A stretch of 64,000 nt of DNA from Myxococcota bacterium (GCA_965223705.1 OZ245015.1:576001-640000); one strand, 5' to 3'; positions 9,481 to 18,440 are shown, counted from the stretch's first letter. Program-made: numbers and translations. Notes: generated by a model not told the origin, from the letters alone.

Positions 9481-10303
9481 GGGGAGATCCTCCGCTCGAA
9501 AGGCAAGACTCGGGCTCTCAGCGCTGCTCGGTCTCGCAATTTGGGCCCTGGGTTGTGCCGCGCCGGCGAAGCGTTTCGACGCGACGGCCCGGGACCTCGG
9601 TTTCACACGAGAAGTCGTCCGAGGCACCCGTTTCGATCACATAGTTTACCACCGGCGCCGAAAACCCTCGGAGGGGACGCTCCACATCTACCTCGCGGGC
9701 GACGCCGATCCGAGGCGCGCGACGCGTTGGTTCCCACCGGATCCGACCCCAGGGGGGCTCCCCCTTTTCCTGATGGCCTCGGATCCCGGACCGAGTCTTC
9801 TCCTCGGACGCCCGTGCGCCCACGACGCGACGCGCTGCGACGAGGTCGCGCCCTGGACGAGCGCCCGCTACGGCGAGGCCGTCGTCGAGAGTCTCGGCGC
9901 GGCGATCGATAGCTTGGAGCCCGCGACGGGTGACCGCGGTGTCGTGTTGATCGGTTACAGCGGCGGCGGGACGCTCGCGATGCTCGTGGCGGAGCGGCTC
10001 GCCCAGGTGCGTCGCGTGGTGACGCTGGCGGGCAACCTCGACACGGCGGCCTGGGTCGGCCACCACGGCTTCCCCGGGCTGCCGGATTCACTCAACCCCG
10101 CCGAGCGGCCCCCGCTCTCGGTCCCTCAACTGCACCTCGTCGGCGAAAACGACAAGGTCGTCCCGCCCCATTTGGGGCGAACTCTTTGGGAACGTCAGCC
10201 GAACGCGGAAGTGCGCCGGCTTCCCGGCGTCGATCACACCTGCTGCTGGGAGCGCGTTTGGCCCGCCGTCGCTCGCGAGCTCCGCGAAACACCGGCCCGC
10301 TAG
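9479..10303 (+). CDS. Alpha/beta hydrolase lipoprotein
   Basis: Lipobox ALGC, GYSGGG nucleophile motif, GENDKVVP, DHTCCW. Confidence 0.8.
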   Translation: MGRSSARKARLGLSALLGLAIWALGCAAPAKRFDATARDLGFTREVVRGTRFDHIVYHRRRKPSEGTLHIYLAGDADPRRATRWFPPDPTPGGLPLFLMASDPGPSLLLGRPCAHDATRCDEVAPWTSARYGEAVVESLGAAIDSLEPATGDRGVVLIGYSGGGTLAMLVAERLAQVRRVVTLAGNLDTAAWVGHHGFPGLPDSLNPAERPPLSVPQLHLVGENDKVVPPHLGRTLWERQPNAEVRRLPGVDHTCCWERVWPAVARELRETPAR

Positions 10304-11709
10304 AACTGGTACCGCAGCCCGCCGCTCAGGGTGTAGAGGTCGACGGAGCGGAGTCCCAGCACGGTCTCGAAATCGATGAAAAAGGACAGTCCGCCCGAGA
10401 GCGCTGCGGCGATTCCCGCCGCCACGTTCGCGTAGGTCCGATCCGGCCCGTGGGCGCGGAACGTGAACCCGTTCTGGTTCGGGTCCGCGACGAAGGTCGC
10501 CCTCAAATCACGGCCGTCGTCTCCGTATTCCTGCTCCCACTCGGCCCGGATGTACGGCGTGAGCACGCCGAAGCTCGTCGACAGCGCATACCGAATCGAG
10601 AGACCCACGTCGCTCGTGAGCGAGCGCACCGTTTGATCGTCGAAGTCGAGGCGCAACGCACTGGCGATGCCGGAACCGCTTTCCGTGTAGCCGTCGATGT
10701 CGAGGTGGGTGTAGTTCACGCGAACGTAGGGTTCGATTTCCCAAGCGCCGCGGTTGATCGCGTAACCCGCGCCGACGCTGACCGCGATTTCGTCTCCGTC
10801 CGTATCGCCGGACAAGGTCCCGGTTACCGGCGCTGCGGAAGCCAGCGCGTACGCGATATCGCGGTCGAGGTCGTAATCGATGTCGGCGTAGCTGATCACG
10901 CCGTCGACGTACCAGCGCTCCATCTGATAGCTGGCGTAAGCGGAGAGGTGCAGCGCCTCCTTGTCGAGGTCACCGGCGCTGTCGTCAAAGTCGAACGTCG
11001 ATTCCGAATAACCGATCGAGATACCGGCCGCCGTCGCGTCGGAAAAGCGGTAGTCGACGCCGCCCACGATGCCGTAGGCGTCTTCGATATCGAAGCCCGC
11101 CTCTTCTTCGGTTTGATCGTAGTCGCCCCACGACCCGAGTCCTGTCACCCAGACGCCGATCCGATCGCCCAACAGGCCGCTTACCGGGTCGTCGCCGGCG
11201 GCAAACCGCTCGGCGAAAGCGACTTCGAGATCCTCGCCGCGCAGCGAGTCCCCGTCCGCGTCGCGCAACGTCAGGCCCGCGAGTTGGATGCCGCGGTGTC
11301 CGTCGCGCAACGCGATCAGTCGGCCCTTCATGAGGTCGATGTTCGTCGCGGTGGTTTCCGTCGAGGCGGCGCGCGTCGCCGACAACTCGTCGAAAGCGAC
11401 ATTCGAGTAGCCGATGTTGCGTTCGGCATCGCTCAGGCCGGTGGGATCATTTCCCAGGGTGCCGTCGCCGTCGAAATCGTTGACGACCATTTCGGTGCAC
11501 AGACCGGAGAGTCGCTCCGTTTCATTCGCCGAATTTCGATTCGGCGTCGCTCCGAGAAAAGGGCACACGGAGAAAATGAACTCCTCCCCCTTCTGGGGGA
11601 CGATGGACTGGAGCGAATCGTCGATCGGTGACTGCGCCAGCGCTTGACCGCTGCCGAAGAGCACCATCGAGAGTGCGAACGCAATGAGTAGCTTGGCCTT
11701 GACGTACAT
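10300..11709 (-). CDS. Autotransporter-type outer-membrane beta-barrel with very short passenger
   Basis: Signal peptide, GVWVTGLGSWGD, GGVDYRF, amphipathic beta-strands, C-terminal RYQF. Confidence 0.85.
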   Translation of the reverse strand: MYVKAKLLIAFALSMVLFGSGQALAQSPIDDSLQSIVPQKGEEFIFSVCPFLGATPNRNSANETERLSGLCTEMVVNDFDGDGTLGNDPTGLSDAERNIGYSNVAFDELSATRAASTETTATNIDLMKGRLIALRDGHRGIQLAGLTLRDADGDSLRGEDLEVAFAERFAAGDDPVSGLLGDRIGVWVTGLGSWGDYDQTEEEAGFDIEDAYGIVGGVDYRFSDATAAGISIGYSESTFDFDDSAGDLDKEALHLSAYASYQMERWYVDGVISYADIDYDLDRDIAYALASAAPVTGTLSGDTDGDEIAVSVGAGYAINRGAWEIEPYVRVNYTHLDIDGYTESGSGIASALRLDFDDQTVRSLTSDVGLSIRYALSTSFGVLTPYIRAEWEQEYGDDGRDLRATFVADPNQNGFTFRAHGPDRTYANVAAGIAAALSGGLSFFIDFETVLGLRSVDLYTLSGGLRYQF

Positions 11710-11757
11710 CTCCGGTGATTCCTTCCCTGAATCGAGCCGCAACGGCGGCCCAGTGTA

Positions 11758-13779
11758 CTAAGAACGGGGCATGCTGCGAAGCGGCACGCGATCGATCGCC
11801 CAGCCGGCGGGCCGAGGCGCTGCGGGCCCCGAGCCGATGTGCTCGAGAAGCGATTCGACCCAGCTCGTACTGCGTGTTCGGCGGGCTTCTCCCACGAGCA
11901 CGGTCGGGTCGTCGATCGGGTCCTCGGTCGACAGCAGCACGAGTGTGTCGGTTCCAAAGGGCGGAGCGACTTCGATCCCGGTGCGTCCCAAAGGAACAAG
12001 AGGCGGGGGAACTTCGTCCGCCGATACGGGAACCCGGTTTCCCACATTGCCGGATTCTGCGCGGGGAAAGAGCAGGGCGCGCTCGCCGTACCCGTCGACC
12101 ACGAAAACGTAGACGTAGCGCTGTTCGACGCTGGACGTTTCGACATCGTTTCGGCGCTGCAGCATCAACTCGAAACGGTCGCCTTCGAAGACCACGCCAC
12201 CCGGAATGACGCGGCCCGCCGAGGTGTCCCGCAAGACCAGGCGGTAGGGGAAGGCCGAAGCGTTTTCGGGGGATTCGAGCAGCAGCCAGTTTCGCGCGAC
12301 AGCCAAGCGTCGGGCGTTCTCCGCGAGGAGCGCCGCTGCATTCGGCGCGGTCTCGGGAATTCCGGCCCCACGGGGCGGGAGCCCCGACGCTTCGCCCGTC
12401 CGCCGCTGCCAGTGAAGCTCCGGCGCCGGCCCGGAGTGGTCTGCGGCGAGGACGTAGTGGGCCTGCGCTTCGGAAACGAGCTCGACCCCGGGAACCGATG
12501 GGATCGAGTGGGCGAGCTCTTGGCGAAGCGTCGGCGGAACCAGTGCGGGCAGCGCGACCTGGAGGGCGCCGCCGGTCGGGTGCGCCCAGCGGACCACGCG
12601 AAACAGCGTGCCGGTTCGGACCGCCTCGGGATCTCCGGCAAGAACCCGTGCCGTCGAGCGATTCAAGCCGCTCACCTGTTCGACCTGTATGCGGACGCTG
12701 GTTTCTTCGGAGACGAGCTCGCTACCGCGAAAAATGCCGGCCGCGGTGCCCGCTCGGAGAACCACCGAGTCGCCGTCCGCCGGTCCCAACGCTGCGAAGT
12801 GCCGTCCCGGGCGTGCGGTTGCGGGCGCGGCCCCGAAAAGCGCGCGTTCCCGTCGCTCGAGGGAGCCCGCCAGCACGGGTGTTTGCACGTTGTGCCCGCT
12901 GCCGAGCAGGGCGCGCGTTCGGGCGAAGAGCTTCGACACAGGCTCGTCAGCCGGGGCCTGCCCCAGGGCCTCGAACAGGGCAACGCTGAAGGCCCCGTGG
13001 TATTCGCCGCTCGCGTCGCGGGATTCTCGGGCGAGCTCACCGTCGGAGGTCGCCGCCAAGACGAGCGCACCGCGCTCCTCCGGTGCTCCTCGGGGGTCGA
13101 AGGGCGGCGTCGCGGCTCCCGCCTCGGCTTCGTAGCGGGGGGGAAGCGTCCGCACGTCTTCTACCGCGTGGAAGCTTCGAGTGGCCGAGCCGCTGTGACA
13201 GCTGTCGAGAATCACGACGAGCTCGGCGCCGCGATCGAGGACGTCGTTGAACAAGCTGCGGAGCTCTTTGTCCCGGATGTCCGCGGCGCCGCGATTCGCG
13301 TCGGCCGGCACGATCGTTTCGTCGAGGAGGTCCGCTTCGGTAGACGCCGCGTTCCGCAACTGTGAGCCGTGCCCCGCGAAGTAGAACAAGTTGACGTCGC
13401 CCGGGCCCGAAGCCTCGATCAGATGCTCGCGTATGGCGTTGAGGATGCCGTCGCGGGTGGCTTCGCCGTCGGTCAGTACACGAACGGACTCGCTCGGAAA
13501 CCCAAACCGTCCTTGTAGGATCGCCCGGAGCGCTTCGGCATCGTTCACCGCGCCGCGGAGATCGACCCAACTCGCGGAGGCTTTCGCCCGCCCGCGCGTC
13601 ACAGCGACCGCGCCGGCTTCCGGTCTGTAGCGGTCGATGCCCACCAAGAGCGCGCGTTGTGCGCCGGCGGCAGCGTCGGCGAAGCAACAGATGGCGAGGG
13701 CGGCGAGGAGCCAAAGGGTCGGCCGACGCCGCGCCTTGTGCACAACGTCGGCCGACCGATGGTGGGAGTTTCGGATCAC
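11758..13779 (-). CDS. Exported peptidase C14 (caspase-like) with C-terminal DUF4384-like domain
   Basis: Signal-like N-terminus, RALLVGIDRY, LRGAVNDA, FAGHGS and LDSCHSG dyad; C-terminal GDRFEL...YVYVFVVD..LLFP; exact start uncertain. Confidence 0.85.
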   Translation of the reverse strand: MIRNSHHRSADVVHKARRRPTLWLLAALAICCFADAAAGAQRALLVGIDRYRPEAGAVAVTRGRAKASASWVDLRGAVNDAEALRAILQGRFGFPSESVRVLTDGEATRDGILNAIREHLIEASGPGDVNLFYFAGHGSQLRNAASTEADLLDETIVPADANRGAADIRDKELRSLFNDVLDRGAELVVILDSCHSGSATRSFHAVEDVRTLPPRYEAEAGAATPPFDPRGAPEERGALVLAATSDGELARESRDASGEYHGAFSVALFEALGQAPADEPVSKLFARTRALLGSGHNVQTPVLAGSLERRERALFGAAPATARPGRHFAALGPADGDSVVLRAGTAAGIFRGSELVSEETSVRIQVEQVSGLNRSTARVLAGDPEAVRTGTLFRVVRWAHPTGGALQVALPALVPPTLRQELAHSIPSVPGVELVSEAQAHYVLAADHSGPAPELHWQRRTGEASGLPPRGAGIPETAPNAAALLAENARRLAVARNWLLLESPENASAFPYRLVLRDTSAGRVIPGGVVFEGDRFELMLQRRNDVETSSVEQRYVYVFVVDGYGERALLFPRAESGNVGNRVPVSADEVPPPLVPLGRTGIEVAPPFGTDTLVLLSTEDPIDDPTVLVGEARRTRSTSWVESLLEHIGSGPAAPRPAGWAIDRVPLRSMPRS

Positions 13780-14318
13780 TAGTTCGCCTTGCGGAACTGT
13801 ACGCGTCGGTTCTTCGATGCCGTGGGCTTCACCTCGGGCAGCGGCGTGTCTTCGCCGCGACCCACGGTGACGAGCCGAGCCGGGTCGATCTGGTGCGACT
13901 TCACCAGGTAGTTCCGGACGGACGCCGCGCGAAGCTCGGAAAGTCGCTGGTTGTAGGTCCGCTCGCCGATCGCATCGGTGTGGCCCTCGATCACGAGTTT
14001 CTCGTTCTTCGCCTGCTCGGTGCGCAGGGCCTGGCCGAGCTGATCGAGGAAGGGCTGGGATTCCGCGAGGATCTCCGCCGAATCAAAACCGAAGCGCACC
14101 TGGAACCCGATGGTCTGGGGCGGCGTGGGCGCAGGCGCGTCCTTCATCACGATCGACCGCGTCTTGTAGGCCGGCGCTGCGGCGGGGAACAGGCGGTCCG
14201 CCAGTTCCTGGGCCGACGGGGTCGAGCCCTCGATCATGTGTACCTCTTCGGCGGAGGCGGTATTCGCCGCGAGGATCAGCGCGGCACCTGTCAGCAAGAC
14301 TCGAAGCAATCCAAACAT
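13779..14318 (-). CDS. OmpA-family peptidoglycan-binding protein
   Basis: FGFDSA, IEGHTDAIG, YNQRLSELRAASV, NRRVQF; signal peptide. Confidence 0.92.
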   Translation of the reverse strand: MFGLLRVLLTGAALILAANTASAEEVHMIEGSTPSAQELADRLFPAAAPAYKTRSIVMKDAPAPTPPQTIGFQVRFGFDSAEILAESQPFLDQLGQALRTEQAKNEKLVIEGHTDAIGERTYNQRLSELRAASVRNYLVKSHQIDPARLVTVGRGEDTPLPEVKPTASKNRRVQFRKAN

Positions 14319-14348
14319 GTTCAATTCTCCTTGGGCCAGGGGCCTTGG

Positions 14349-15875
14349 TTATTGCGAGACGTCGATCCCGAGGCGGCCCACCGTGAGCCCCTTCGGATCG
14401 ATCGCTTCAAAATGTCCCAACAATTCGTTCAAGTTCGCGACGGGAAGCGGCTGTAGGTCGCCGCCCTTGAGCTCGGACGGGAGATGCAGTCCGAGCTCGC
14501 GGTCGGAAGCGACGCACGCGATCTCTTCCCGCGTGTTCGGTCGTTCGAACAAGATGGTGAACGGAGCATCGCGAGACGGAACCTCGACGAAGCGCTTGCC
14601 GCCCACGTAGGAGTTCGGCTGGAAGCGGTTCGGAAAGATCCGCGCCACGTGACCGCCCGCATCGGCGTAGTAGCAGTAGACGTACGCGCTGTCCGAAGTC
14701 TCCACGGTCATGCGGAACTCTTCGCCGACTTTGTAGGTCGGGTTCGCGCCCCGCTCGTTCAGCATCTTGAGCGTCAACGGTTCGCGCGCCGCAAGCTTCT
14801 CAGGAGTCGGCACCGAGCCAGTGTCTTCGAGGCTCGGCGGACCGGCGGCGACCTGGTAGTCCGCGCCGAGAAGCGTCCGATAGAGGTCGAAACCCACGCG
14901 ACCCGTCGGCACGAGGTTATTCTCGGTTTCGAACCGTGCGATGGCTTTGCGGGTGGCGCCGTCGAGCGTTCCGGCGCTTTCTCCCTCGAGATAGCCGCCG
15001 GCGACGAGTGCGCGCTGCACGAAGAGCAAGCGCTGCTTGTCCGACATGCTGGCGTACCAGTCGCGAATCTCCGCCAACACCTCGGGGTGCGTGGACTCGA
15101 TCTGCAAGCACTCCCAGTACGGCACGCGGGCGAGCTTGCCGAGGAGCTCGATCGCGCCGAGCTCGACCAACGTACGAACGGCTTGGTGCATGCCTTCGCT
15201 GCGGTCGATATCGATGCTGAAGGAAATGCCGACTTTTTCGATCAACCCGGCGAGATCCGCGCCCTTGCCCTTGCGGCGCACGGCCAAGCGGTTGCTCGCG
15301 GTGAGCCCGGGAACGACGCGCTTCGAGGGGTACTGAACGATGTTCATGTCGAGTGCCAACACCGAGGCGGTATTCGTTGCCGCCGCGGACGCGTCACCCG
15401 AGAGATCGTCGTTGTCGTAGGAAAGGCCGCCGCCGATCGAGTTGTCTTCGACGTTTCGATCGAGCTGCGTGATCGCGCCGCGAATATAGAAGTGCGGCAG
15501 GTTCTGATTGACCGGAAGCTCGGCCTGTTTCCCGATCGTGTCGAGATAGATGATCTGCTCCTGGTACTGCAGATCCAGATAGGAGAAGGCCTGGCTTCGC
15601 ATGGTCATCCGGGAAACGGCCGACATCAGCATGTCGTCGGTACCGGCGGCGACCTTGCCCGTCGCGTCCGGGATGCCGATCGACGTGATGCGGAAACCGC
15701 GCACGCCGTTTGCCACGAACATCTGGTCCATGCACGTCAGCGACTCGCTGAAGCTCGTCATCGACCGGACCGCCTGGGTCTTCGGTACGGACGTGATGTA
15801 GGGATCTTCGGGGATGGTCTTACAGGCGACCAGCCCGAGACAAAGCGAAAGAACGAGTAGAGCTTTAGCAGCCAT
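14349..15875 (-). CDS. Lipoprotein: CsgG/HfaB-like domain + peptidoglycan-binding domain + DUF4384-like domain
   Basis: Lipobox LVAC; IPDATGK, FYIRGAITQLD, VLALDMNIV, AVRTLVELGAIELLGK resemble CsgG/HfaB fold; FVQRAL..GYL..G.LD..TRKAI..F is PG_binding_1-like; YKVGEEF..YVYCYY..IFPN is DUF4384-like. Confidence 0.72.
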   Translation of the reverse strand: MAAKALLVLSLCLGLVACKTIPEDPYITSVPKTQAVRSMTSFSESLTCMDQMFVANGVRGFRITSIGIPDATGKVAAGTDDMLMSAVSRMTMRSQAFSYLDLQYQEQIIYLDTIGKQAELPVNQNLPHFYIRGAITQLDRNVEDNSIGGGLSYDNDDLSGDASAAATNTASVLALDMNIVQYPSKRVVPGLTASNRLAVRRKGKGADLAGLIEKVGISFSIDIDRSEGMHQAVRTLVELGAIELLGKLARVPYWECLQIESTHPEVLAEIRDWYASMSDKQRLLFVQRALVAGGYLEGESAGTLDGATRKAIARFETENNLVPTGRVGFDLYRTLLGADYQVAAGPPSLEDTGSVPTPEKLAAREPLTLKMLNERGANPTYKVGEEFRMTVETSDSAYVYCYYADAGGHVARIFPNRFQPNSYVGGKRFVEVPSRDAPFTILFERPNTREEIACVASDRELGLHLPSELKGGDLQPLPVANLNELLGHFEAIDPKGLTVGRLGIDVSQ

Positions 15876-16200
15876 CGCGGTTGAATCCTCGGTTGATGTT
15901 GATGACGTCGCCGTCGATGACAACTTCGATCTCGTCGGGCACGTCGTTCTTGCCAGGACCGGTGAAGACGCTGCCGATCGACAGGCTACCGGTGCAGTTC
16001 ACAATATCGCCTCGGTGATAGAATTTTCCGGGCTCCTGCTCCTCGGGAACGATCGTTTCGCCCGCGACGCTGGCTTTGTGCATCTTGCGGAGATGCGAAG
16101 CCTTCACGCGGGGCTTGTTGAAATCGTTCGCCAACGCGGTGTGCGCCGGCACGAAGGAGAGGCCGAGTGCGAGTAGCAACAGGGTGTTCGTGATCTTCAT
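15865..16200 (-). CDS. Small secreted protein with Cys pair (candidate accessory subunit)
   Basis: Signal peptide ending TALA, NCTGSLSIGSV...IEVVIDGDVININ..C; overlaps start of CsgG-like gene; own ECF promoter. Confidence 0.75.
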   Translation of the reverse strand: MKITNTLLLLALGLSFVPAHTALANDFNKPRVKASHLRKMHKASVAGETIVPEEQEPGKFYHRGDIVNCTGSLSIGSVFTGPGKNDVPDEIEVVIDGDVININRGFNRDGC

Positions 16201-16242
16201 GGTGTAGCTCCCTCGGTCCTTATTGTGGACCAACTGGTTGAG

Positions 16243-16270
16243 AGTCGCGCCTTCTCTTGTCCTGGATCAC
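16243..16270 (-). promoter_or_regulatory. ECF-type promoter for the CsgG-like/OmpA/caspase operon
   Basis: GTGATCC aggacaagagaaggcg CGACT. Confidence 0.75.
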
Positions 16271-16518
16271 CGAGAAGTCGGGAAATCGCTCGTATCCTCG
16301 GGAACCTGCTGGACTTCGGTGTCCGCGCGATCGCCCAAGGGGCAGAGCTCGGTCGGCGAGTCGATCGGCAAGCTCGGTACGGCTTCGAAAGACACGGTTT
16401 CGCAGTACGTGATCTCGATGGGATCGTCGACGTCCGCATCGCTGAGCGCAAACGCCGGTACGGTCGTCGTGAAGTCGAGGAAGAAGAGGGCGGTCAGCAG
16501 AAGTCGTTGTCGTTTCAT
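16267..16518 (-). CDS. Small acidic secreted hypothetical protein (83 aa)
   Basis: Signal-like N-terminus ending AFA, D/E/P-rich, two Cys; own ECF promoter. Confidence 0.55.
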   Translation of the reverse strand: MKRQRLLLTALFFLDFTTTVPAFALSDADVDDPIEITYCETVSFEAVPSLPIDSPTELCPLGDRADTEVQQVPEDTSDFPTSR

Positions 16519-16547
16519 CGGATGCCTCGGGTGCGTTGTTGATGAGG

Positions 16548-16575
16548 AGTCGACGGCGGGGGCTTCTCGGATCAC
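16548..16575 (-). promoter_or_regulatory. ECF-type promoter
   Basis: GTGATCC gagaagcccccgccgt CGACT. Confidence 0.75.
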
Positions 16576-16583
16576 CGAACGCG

Positions 16584-16630
16584 AAGAAAAACGGGGTGCG
16601 GCGCCGACTCTGCGGGGGAGTCGACGCCGC
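16584..16630 (-). terminator. Intrinsic terminator after paralog A
   Basis: GCGGCGTCGACTC/GAGTCGGCGCCGC stem followed shortly by T-tract on minus strand. Confidence 0.65.
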
Positions 16631-16669
16631 GGGGGAAGCCACGGCGTGGCTTCCAGGGCTCGTGTTTAT

Positions 16670-16996
16670 TTACTGCTGGGGTTCGCAGTCGGTCGCGGCA
16701 CCGAGCGATCCGAAGGTCGCGCACGCGTTCGACTCGTAGGATTTCGCCATGGTGTCGACGTACTTGGCGGTGCCCTCGAGGACCGGATCCCAACCGATGC
16801 GCGTGTAGTCGTGCATGGTCGCGACGCTCGTGTACGCGCTCGACTTCGTGCCCGACGCGACGGTATCGACGTTTTCACCCACCGCGAGGGTGATGAGGAG
16901 GTCGTGGACCTCGGTGGTGAAATCGCCAGCGACGCTGGCCTGGGCGAGGGAGAGAGTCGCGATCGCCGCAATCGCGACGGAGAACAAGCGGTTCAT
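16670..16996 (-). CDS. Secreted two-repeat beta-rich protein, paralog A (108 aa)
   Basis: AAGGAG RBS, signal peptide, DFTTEV...SVATMHD...ACATFGSLG...C; homologous to four neighbours. Confidence 0.85.
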   Translation of the reverse strand: MNRLFSVAIAAIATLSLAQASVAGDFTTEVHDLLITLAVGENVDTVASGTKSSAYTSVATMHDYTRIGWDPVLEGTAKYVDTMAKSYESNACATFGSLGAATDCEPQQ

Positions 16997-17046
16997 GGTG
17001 GTGCTCCTTGTGGTGTGGGTCCCGCTATTTCCGGGACTTGAAGAGG

Positions 17047-17074
17047 AGTCGCGCCAGGGCGTGTCACGGATCAC
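17047..17074 (-). promoter_or_regulatory. ECF-type promoter (paralog A)
   Basis: GTGATCC gtgacacgccctggcg CGACT. Confidence 0.78.
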
Positions 17075-17082
17075 CGATCCCG

Positions 17083-17116
17083 AAAAGAAAAAGCGCCGGC
17101 TCTTTCGAGCCGGCGC
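17083..17116 (-). terminator. Intrinsic terminator after paralog B
   Basis: GCGCCGGCTC-GAAA-GAGCCGGCGC + TTTTTCTTTT. Confidence 0.8.
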
Positions 17117-17141
17117 CAGAGGGGCAGGGGGACGTGTTGCC

Positions 17142-17465
17142 TTAGCGGGGTTCGCAGAAAGTCGGGTTGCCGACGGAACCGAAGGACGCGCAGGCGTGCG
17201 CGTTGTAGCCGCTGGCCTTGGTCTCGATGTAGCGCGCGTCGCCCTTGAGGTTCGTCTTGTAGTTGATGAGCGTGTCGTCGTGCACTGTCGCGACACTCGT
17301 CGTGGCGCTCGAGTAGTCACCCGTGGCGAGCGTGTCGACCTGGTAGCCGTAGGCGTCGGTGTCGAGCTGCGCGCGGATCTCGGTGGTGAAGGGGTTCGCG
17401 AAGCTCACGCTCGCGATGGTCAGGGCGGCAAAGCCGGCGATGGCGGAAACGAAGAGGCGGTTCAT
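17142..17465 (-). CDS. Secreted two-repeat beta-rich protein, paralog B (107 aa)
   Basis: Signal peptide, NPFTTEI...SVATVHD...ACASFGSVG..C. Confidence 0.88.
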   Translation of the reverse strand: MNRLFVSAIAGFAALTIASVSFANPFTTEIRAQLDTDAYGYQVDTLATGDYSSATTSVATVHDDTLINYKTNLKGDARYIETKASGYNAHACASFGSVGNPTFCEPR

Positions 17466-17519
17466 GATGTTCTAGCTCCTTGGTGGTGTTTGTGGGTCGC
17501 TTCCTGCGACTTGCCTAGG

Positions 17520-17547
17520 AGTCGGGCCAGGAGGGGTCTCAGATCAC
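17520..17547 (-). promoter_or_regulatory. ECF-type promoter (paralog B)
   Basis: GTGATCT gagacccctcctggcc CGACT (one mismatch). Confidence 0.72.
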
Positions 17548-17554
17548 CTGCGGC

Positions 17555-17589
17555 AAAAAAAAAGCGCCGGCTCACGAATGAGCCGGCGC
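17555..17589 (-). terminator. Intrinsic terminator after paralog C
   Basis: GCGCCGGCTC stem + T9. Confidence 0.8.
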
Positions 17590-17614
17590 CGTCGTGTCGT
17601 GTCGGCTGCGAAGG

Positions 17615-17965
17615 TTACTCCTGGACGAGCATCTTGCTGCGCTGGCCGGGCTCGCAGTGGGTCGGGTTGCCGACGGAACCGAAGGACGCGCAGGCGTGCG
17701 AGTCGTAGCCGCTGGCCCGGGTCTCGATCCAGCGAGCGTCGCCCTTGAGGTTCGTCTTGTAGTTGATGAGCGTGAAATCGTGCACGGTCGCGACGCTCGT
17801 CGTGGCGCTCGAGTGGCGGCCCGAAGCGACGGTATCGACCTGGTAGCCGTAGGCGTCGGTGTCGAGTTGGCCGCGGACCTCGGTGGTGAAGGGGTTCGCG
17901 AAGCTCACGCTCGCGATGGACAGGGCGGCAAAGCCGGCGATGGCGGAAACGAAGAGGCGGTTCAT
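17615..17965 (-). CDS. Secreted two-repeat beta-rich protein, paralog C (116 aa)
   Basis: Nearly identical to paralog B, with short C-terminal extension. Confidence 0.88.
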   Translation of the reverse strand: MNRLFVSAIAGFAALSIASVSFANPFTTEVRGQLDTDAYGYQVDTVASGRHSSATTSVATVHDFTLINYKTNLKGDARWIETRASGYDSHACASFGSVGNPTHCEPGQRSKMLVQE

Positions 17966-18020
17966 GATGTTCTAGCTCCTTGGTGGTTTTTCGCGGGTCG
18001 CTCCTTACGACCCGTGAAGA

Positions 18021-18048
18021 GGTCGTTCGAGGAGCCGCCCTGGATCAT
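18021..18048 (-). promoter_or_regulatory. ECF-type promoter (paralog C)
   Basis: ATGATCC agggcggctcctcgaa CGACC (two mismatches). Confidence 0.65.
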
Positions 18049-18055
18049 CGACAGC

Positions 18056-18090
18056 AAAAAAAAGCGCCGGCTCGAGGTGAGCCGGCGCTT
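18056..18090 (-). terminator. Intrinsic terminator after paralog D
   Basis: AAGCGCCGGCTC/GAGCCGGCGCTT stem + T-tract. Confidence 0.8.
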
Positions 18091-18113
18091 CGGAGGCGGG
18101 GAAAACCGTCGGG

Positions 18114-18440
18114 TTAGTGCTTCGGGCGGCAGTACGTCGGGGCACCGACCGAGCCGAAGGTCGCGCAGGCGTGGGCGTTGTTGCCGCTGGCCTCGGTGCG
18201 GATGTATTCCGCCTTGCCCTTCAGGTTCGTCTTGTACTGGATGAGCGTGTAGTCGTGCACGGTCGCGACGCTCGTCATCGCGCTCGAGTTGTCGCCCGTG
18301 GCGAGGGTGTCGACGTTCTTGCCGTAAGCATCGGTGTCGAGCTGAGCCCGGACCTCGGTGGTGAAGTCATTGGCGAAGCTCACGTTGGCGATGGACAGGG
18401 CGGCGAAGCCGGCGATTGCGATAGCGAAGAAGCGGTTCAT
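18114..18440 (-). CDS. Secreted two-repeat beta-rich protein, paralog D (108 aa)
   Basis: Signal peptide, NDFTTEV...SVATVHD...ACATFGSVG..C. Confidence 0.88.
   Translation of the reverse strand: MNRFFAIAIAGFAALSIANVSFANDFTTEVRAQLDTDAYGKNVDTLATGDNSSAMTSVATVHDYTLIQYKTNLKGKAEYIRTEASGNNAHACATFGSVGAPTYCRPKH

Noticed and set aside
13750..13779. Eleventh ECF promoter at the caspase 2 start (GTGATCC on minus strand)
   Set aside because: No CGACT at 16-nt spacing
6943..13779. Caspase-based anti-phage or cell-death system
   Set aside because: Proteases look exported; no gasdermin, NLR/STAND, TIR or CRISPR partner seen
10186..15860. Long plus-strand ORFs (481, 508 and 458 aa)
   Set aside because: Antisense to well-supported minus-strand genes, with no recognisable motifs
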